From positions 32,001-96,000 of the forward strand of contig JBCBJQ010000004.1 in assembly GCA_038523235.1 (NCBI GenBank): a stretch of 64,000 nucleotides of DNA, given 5' to 3'. Under the pieces are notes generated by a model. The model was not told where the DNA came from. It worked only from the letters and a program-made list of their open reading frames with translations, and made no database searches. The DNA comes from Cyanobacteria bacterium J06626_4 (GTDB lineage: Bacteria > Cyanobacteriota > Cyanobacteriia > Phormidesmidales > Phormidesmidaceae). How positions within the stretch are numbered: position 1 is the first letter of the stretch; every line of letters starts with the position of its first letter. The translations under genes and the position numbers were made by a program. Positions 61,014 to 64,000 of this stretch are shown in pieces.

Positions 61014-61349
61014 ATGGACTTTGATACCGCTCGTCGGTTTTTGTTAGCCCAAACAATTGCTCCAGTGCCGGGGCAGACCCCCTTTTTAAATTGCTTGCAG
61101 ATGGGGGTGGCGCCAGTCCCAGGGCAAGTCACCTCAATTTTATTAGCCCTTAAAACCGTGGCTCAAACGCTACAAGGTGAGCCCAGTATTGAGCGATCGC
61201 TGGGCTTTGCCTTGTTCCTCTTGGCTTACGAAAGCCGCCAGCTGTATTTACAAGGTCAAACGAAGAATGTGGATTGGCCGCCGTTACTCGACGAAGACTT
61301 AACGCGCATTGCCGAAGCCGTCCGCCAGATCTGGGCCAGCGCCGCTTGA
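61014..61349 (+). CDS. Small conserved cyanobacterial hypothetical protein
   Basis: PVPGQVTSILLALK and WPPLLDEDLTRIA motifs; no P-loop, so not a true BioD. Confidence 0.7.
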   Translation: MDFDTARRFLLAQTIAPVPGQTPFLNCLQMGVAPVPGQVTSILLALKTVAQTLQGEPSIERSLGFALFLLAYESRQLYLQGQTKNVDWPPLLDEDLTRIAEAVRQIWASAA

Positions 61350-61457
61350 TAACGAACGACGGACGCTTGTCAGTCGCATGGCTAGCGGCCACAGTTGTCA
61401 GGTAGCCCGTTAAAGATTGTGATTAGTGCCGCGTGTTTCAACGCTGGCAACAATCTG

Positions 61458-61488
61458 AAAAAAGGGACGCACTTTACAGTACGTCCCT
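61458..61488 (-). terminator. Rho-independent terminator of the peroxiredoxin gene
   Basis: Minus strand AGGGACGTACT-GTAA-AGTGCGTCCCT followed by TTTTT. Confidence 0.82.
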
Positions 61489-61520
61489 ATCAATAAACCG
61501 GTATGGTTCCTCAGGTCAAA

Positions 61521-62156
61521 CTACTTATCAGGCTGAGGCGTCATGCGTAGGTAGGGCTTAACCTCAGTCACGCCCTTAGGAAACTTCTTCTTCGCTTCCT
61601 CAGTGGGAATAGTGGGCGAAACCACCACGTCTTCGCCATCTTTCCAGTTGACGGGAGTTGCGACACTGTAGTTGTCAGTCAGCTGTAGTGAATCGAGCAC
61701 TCTGAGGATTTCCTGGAAGTTACGTCCGGTGCTAGGCGGATAGGTAATCGTCAAACGCAGTTTGCGGTTAGGGTCAATCACAAAAACTGTGCGGACGGTG
61801 ACCTTGGCATTGGCATTGGGGTGAATCATGCCATACAGGTCAGATACTTTTTTGTCTTCGTCAGCCACGATGGGATAGTTGACGGTAGTACCTTGGGTTT
61901 CGTCAATATCGCCAATCCAACCTTTATGAGATTCGGCCCCATCAACACTCAGCGCGATCACCTTGGCGTTACGCTGCTCAAACTCGCCCTTAAGCTTAGC
62001 AACTTCGCCCAGCTCGGTCGTGCATACCGGGGTGTAATCAGCCGGGTGTGAGAAAAATACTACCCAGTTATCACCCGCCCAGTCGTAGAAATTAATTTCA
62101 CCCTCGGAGGTTTGTTGGGTGAAATTGGGTGCGGTATCGCCCAATTGCAGCGTCAT
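61521..62156 (-). CDS. 1-Cys peroxiredoxin (Prx6)
   Basis: FSHPADYTPVCTTEL, YPPSTGRNF, ATPVNW; start MTLQLG. Confidence 0.96.
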   Translation of the reverse strand: MTLQLGDTAPNFTQQTSEGEINFYDWAGDNWVVFFSHPADYTPVCTTELGEVAKLKGEFEQRNAKVIALSVDGAESHKGWIGDIDETQGTTVNYPIVADEDKKVSDLYGMIHPNANAKVTVRTVFVIDPNRKLRLTITYPPSTGRNFQEILRVLDSLQLTDNYSVATPVNWKDGEDVVVSPTIPTEEAKKKFPKGVTEVKPYLRMTPQPDK

Positions 62157-62378
62157 AAGAAATTCTCTCTGAATCTGATAAGTCAACACGTGGCTACGGT
62201 CGCCACGCTTGCTATCTTGCCATAAACCCCGGTATTCCGGTCGGAGTTTAGAGGTTTATTTAAAAAACGACACTGGTTGCAGATTGCGTGCTCTTAGAAA
62301 AGTCATTCCATGGCTTGCTGTATAGGCGATCCACGGATTTTGTGAGTTCTCTGAAAGGTGAGCAAGACCCCGCCCTCA

Positions 62379-63116
62379 TCAGCCCACCTGAACTTCCGGT
62401 CGCGTCTTGATGGGCTCACCGGCATCGGCATCCAGTAGCCACCACAGTTCTCCCTCGGGCCGAATTTTGCGAGCTGGGAAGGTGTTATCTTCTGCCTCTG
62501 GGGCAAACACCTCGATCAGAGCTGTCTGTTTGTTGCGACCAGAAACCATGAAAATCACGCAGCGGCTACGGTTAATCAGAGGCGCGGTAAAGGTCAGGCG
62601 CGGTTCGCCCGACTTTTCGCCAACGGTGATGAGGCGATCGCTGACTTGCAACGCTGCCGTATGGGGAAACAGCGAGGCCGTGTGCCCATCATCCCCCATG
62701 CCAAGGAGCACAATATCAAAGGCGGGGTGAGCGCTGTTGAGCGCTCGTTGCACCGTCTGGTCGTAAGTCTCAGCCGCATCAGCAACCTGCTCAAAGTGGG
62801 TCGGCATGATGTGGATCTGCTCGGTCGGAATCGCGACTCGATCTAGCCAGGCGGTTTTGGCCATACCGGCATTGCTGCTCGGATCGCTGACGGGGACATA
62901 GCGCTCGTCACCCCAAAAAATTTGCAGCTGGGCCCAGGGTAAATCAGCCTCAGCGAGTGCTTCATACAGTGGTTTTGGCGTGCTGCCGCCCGCTAGGGCG
63001 ATCGCGCAGGTGCCACGCGCCGCGATCGCGGCCTGAATCCTCTCCTTAACCAAATCAAGGGAGCGGTTTACGAGGGCCTGGCGGTCAGGGTAAATTTCGA
63101 TCTGCAGTTGGGTCAT
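62379..63116 (-). CDS. pgl: 6-phosphogluconolactonase
   Basis: LAGGSTP, WGDERYVP, LLGMGDDGHTASLFP, RLTFT. Confidence 0.96.
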   Translation of the reverse strand: MTQLQIEIYPDRQALVNRSLDLVKERIQAAIAARGTCAIALAGGSTPKPLYEALAEADLPWAQLQIFWGDERYVPVSDPSSNAGMAKTAWLDRVAIPTEQIHIMPTHFEQVADAAETYDQTVQRALNSAHPAFDIVLLGMGDDGHTASLFPHTAALQVSDRLITVGEKSGEPRLTFTAPLINRSRCVIFMVSGRNKQTALIEVFAPEAEDNTFPARKIRPEGELWWLLDADAGEPIKTRPEVQVG

Positions 63117-63264
63117 AGCCGGAGACAGTATTAGCCAGTCGGTGTTCTGAGACCAGGGCTTTTAGCCCATAGCAATTCAGATTGCAGCGTAAACGATTTT
63201 TAACCCTAATCGAGATTGCTTAAGCTTTACTTTTAGAGAGCGTCATTTTCCTAAGGTTTTGACC

Positions 63265-64000
63265 GTGATTTCAGTTGTGTTGCCCTGTCTGAATGAAATT
63301 CGCCATGGCTATTTGCCCCAAATTATTGAGAACTTGATGGCCCAAGCAGGGCCAAAAGAACTCATTGCCGTCATCAGTGCCAGTGCTGATGGTACGGATA
63401 AATTGCTGGCTCAAGTCCCGCAAATTCGGGTGATCGAGTCTGAGGTCACCAATCGCGCTCAGCGTCTCAATGTGGGCATTGCCGCCAGTCAAGGAGAGGT
63501 GATACTGCTCCACCATCCGGCGACGCTATTGCCGCCCCAGCAGGCGCTAACCCTGATCGATCAGACCTTTCAAGATCCTCAAGTGATGTGGAGTGGGTTT
63601 CGCCATCAGTTTGATTTAGATCACTGGCTGCTGCGATATACCTCCTGGTATTCGACGTTCGTTCGTCCCCAGTTTGGGCGCATCTTGTATCTCGATCATT
63701 GCCTGGCTGTGCGGCGATCGCTGCTGACAGAAATTGGCGGCGTGCCTGAGATGGATATTTTTGAAGATACGGCTCTCAGTCAGCGATTAGGGCAATACAG
63801 CGCTCCAGTGATTTTGCCAGAGTCCGTGGTGACGTCGGCCCGGCGCTATCGCAGTCGGGGCGTTTACAAGCAGGCGCTGCTCAACCAAGCTTTAAAGCTG
63901 ATGTATCACCTCAATATCGACCCGCAGTGGATGAATCGGCTGTACGAGCAAAAAGTCCAAATTAATGTCACCTATCCCGCTCCGAAGCCGCCCAGCGACA
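63265..64000 (+). CDS. Family 2 glycosyltransferase (TIGR04283-like); runs off the window end and is missing from the ORF track
   Basis: Hand translation: MISVVLPCLNE...SADGT...NRAQRLNVG...GEVILLHHPAT...GGVPEMDIFED...VVTSARRY; no stop before 64000. Confidence 0.85.
   Translation, partial: MISVVLPCLNEIRHGYLPQIIENLMAQAGPKELIAVISASADGTDKLLAQVPQIRVIESEVTNRAQRLNVGIAASQGEVILLHHPATLLPPQQALTLIDQTFQDPQVMWSGFRHQFDLDHWLLRYTSWYSTFVRPQFGRILYLDHCLAVRRSLLTEIGGVPEMDIFEDTALSQRLGQYSAPVILPESVVTSARRYRSRGVYKQALLNQALKLMYHLNIDPQWMNRLYEQKVQINVTYPAPKPPSD

Noticed and set aside
61014..61349. Dethiobiotin synthetase-type label
   Set aside because: Only 111 aa and no P-loop; treated as hypothetical

Overview
Chromosomal, mostly core-genome window from a cyanobacterium. 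Evidence: abundant HIP1 GCGATCGC octamers, psaAB, ndhH, crtP/crtB and cyanoexosortase B. Gene style suggests a filamentous Leptolyngbya/Nodosilinea/Halomicronema-like organism (inference). It holds about 55 CDSs: photosystem I core, aa3-type cytochrome c oxidase ctaCDE, ndhH, crtP-crtB, siroheme cbiX/sirB-cobA, murC-murB, glyA, def, thrB, clpS, rsmH, larB/cpmA, an Ada-AlkA/Ogt/EamA alkylation-repair block, an RsbU/RsbW-type partner-switching pair and a DegT-cyanoexosortase B-Wza-Wzc EPS operon. There are two tRNAs (Gln-UUG, Leu-UAG). No CRISPR array, transposase, integrase or prophage was recognised. Items missing from or not called by the ORF track: a GT2 gene running off the right end, two probable pseudogene relics (DUF4160-like, DUF2330-like), a heptamer tandem repeat, a Yfr1-type sRNA target site on murC, RpaB/HLR1-like boxes at psaA and crtP, and a repeated palindrome upstream of the EPS priming transferase. 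The best candidates for an uncharacterised system are the YkvA/TerB-like/lipoprotein/hypothetical cluster (23.1-26.2 kb) and a stand-alone GlnD/ACR-type tandem-ACT protein. All family assignments come from motif recognition by eye; no database searches were run.
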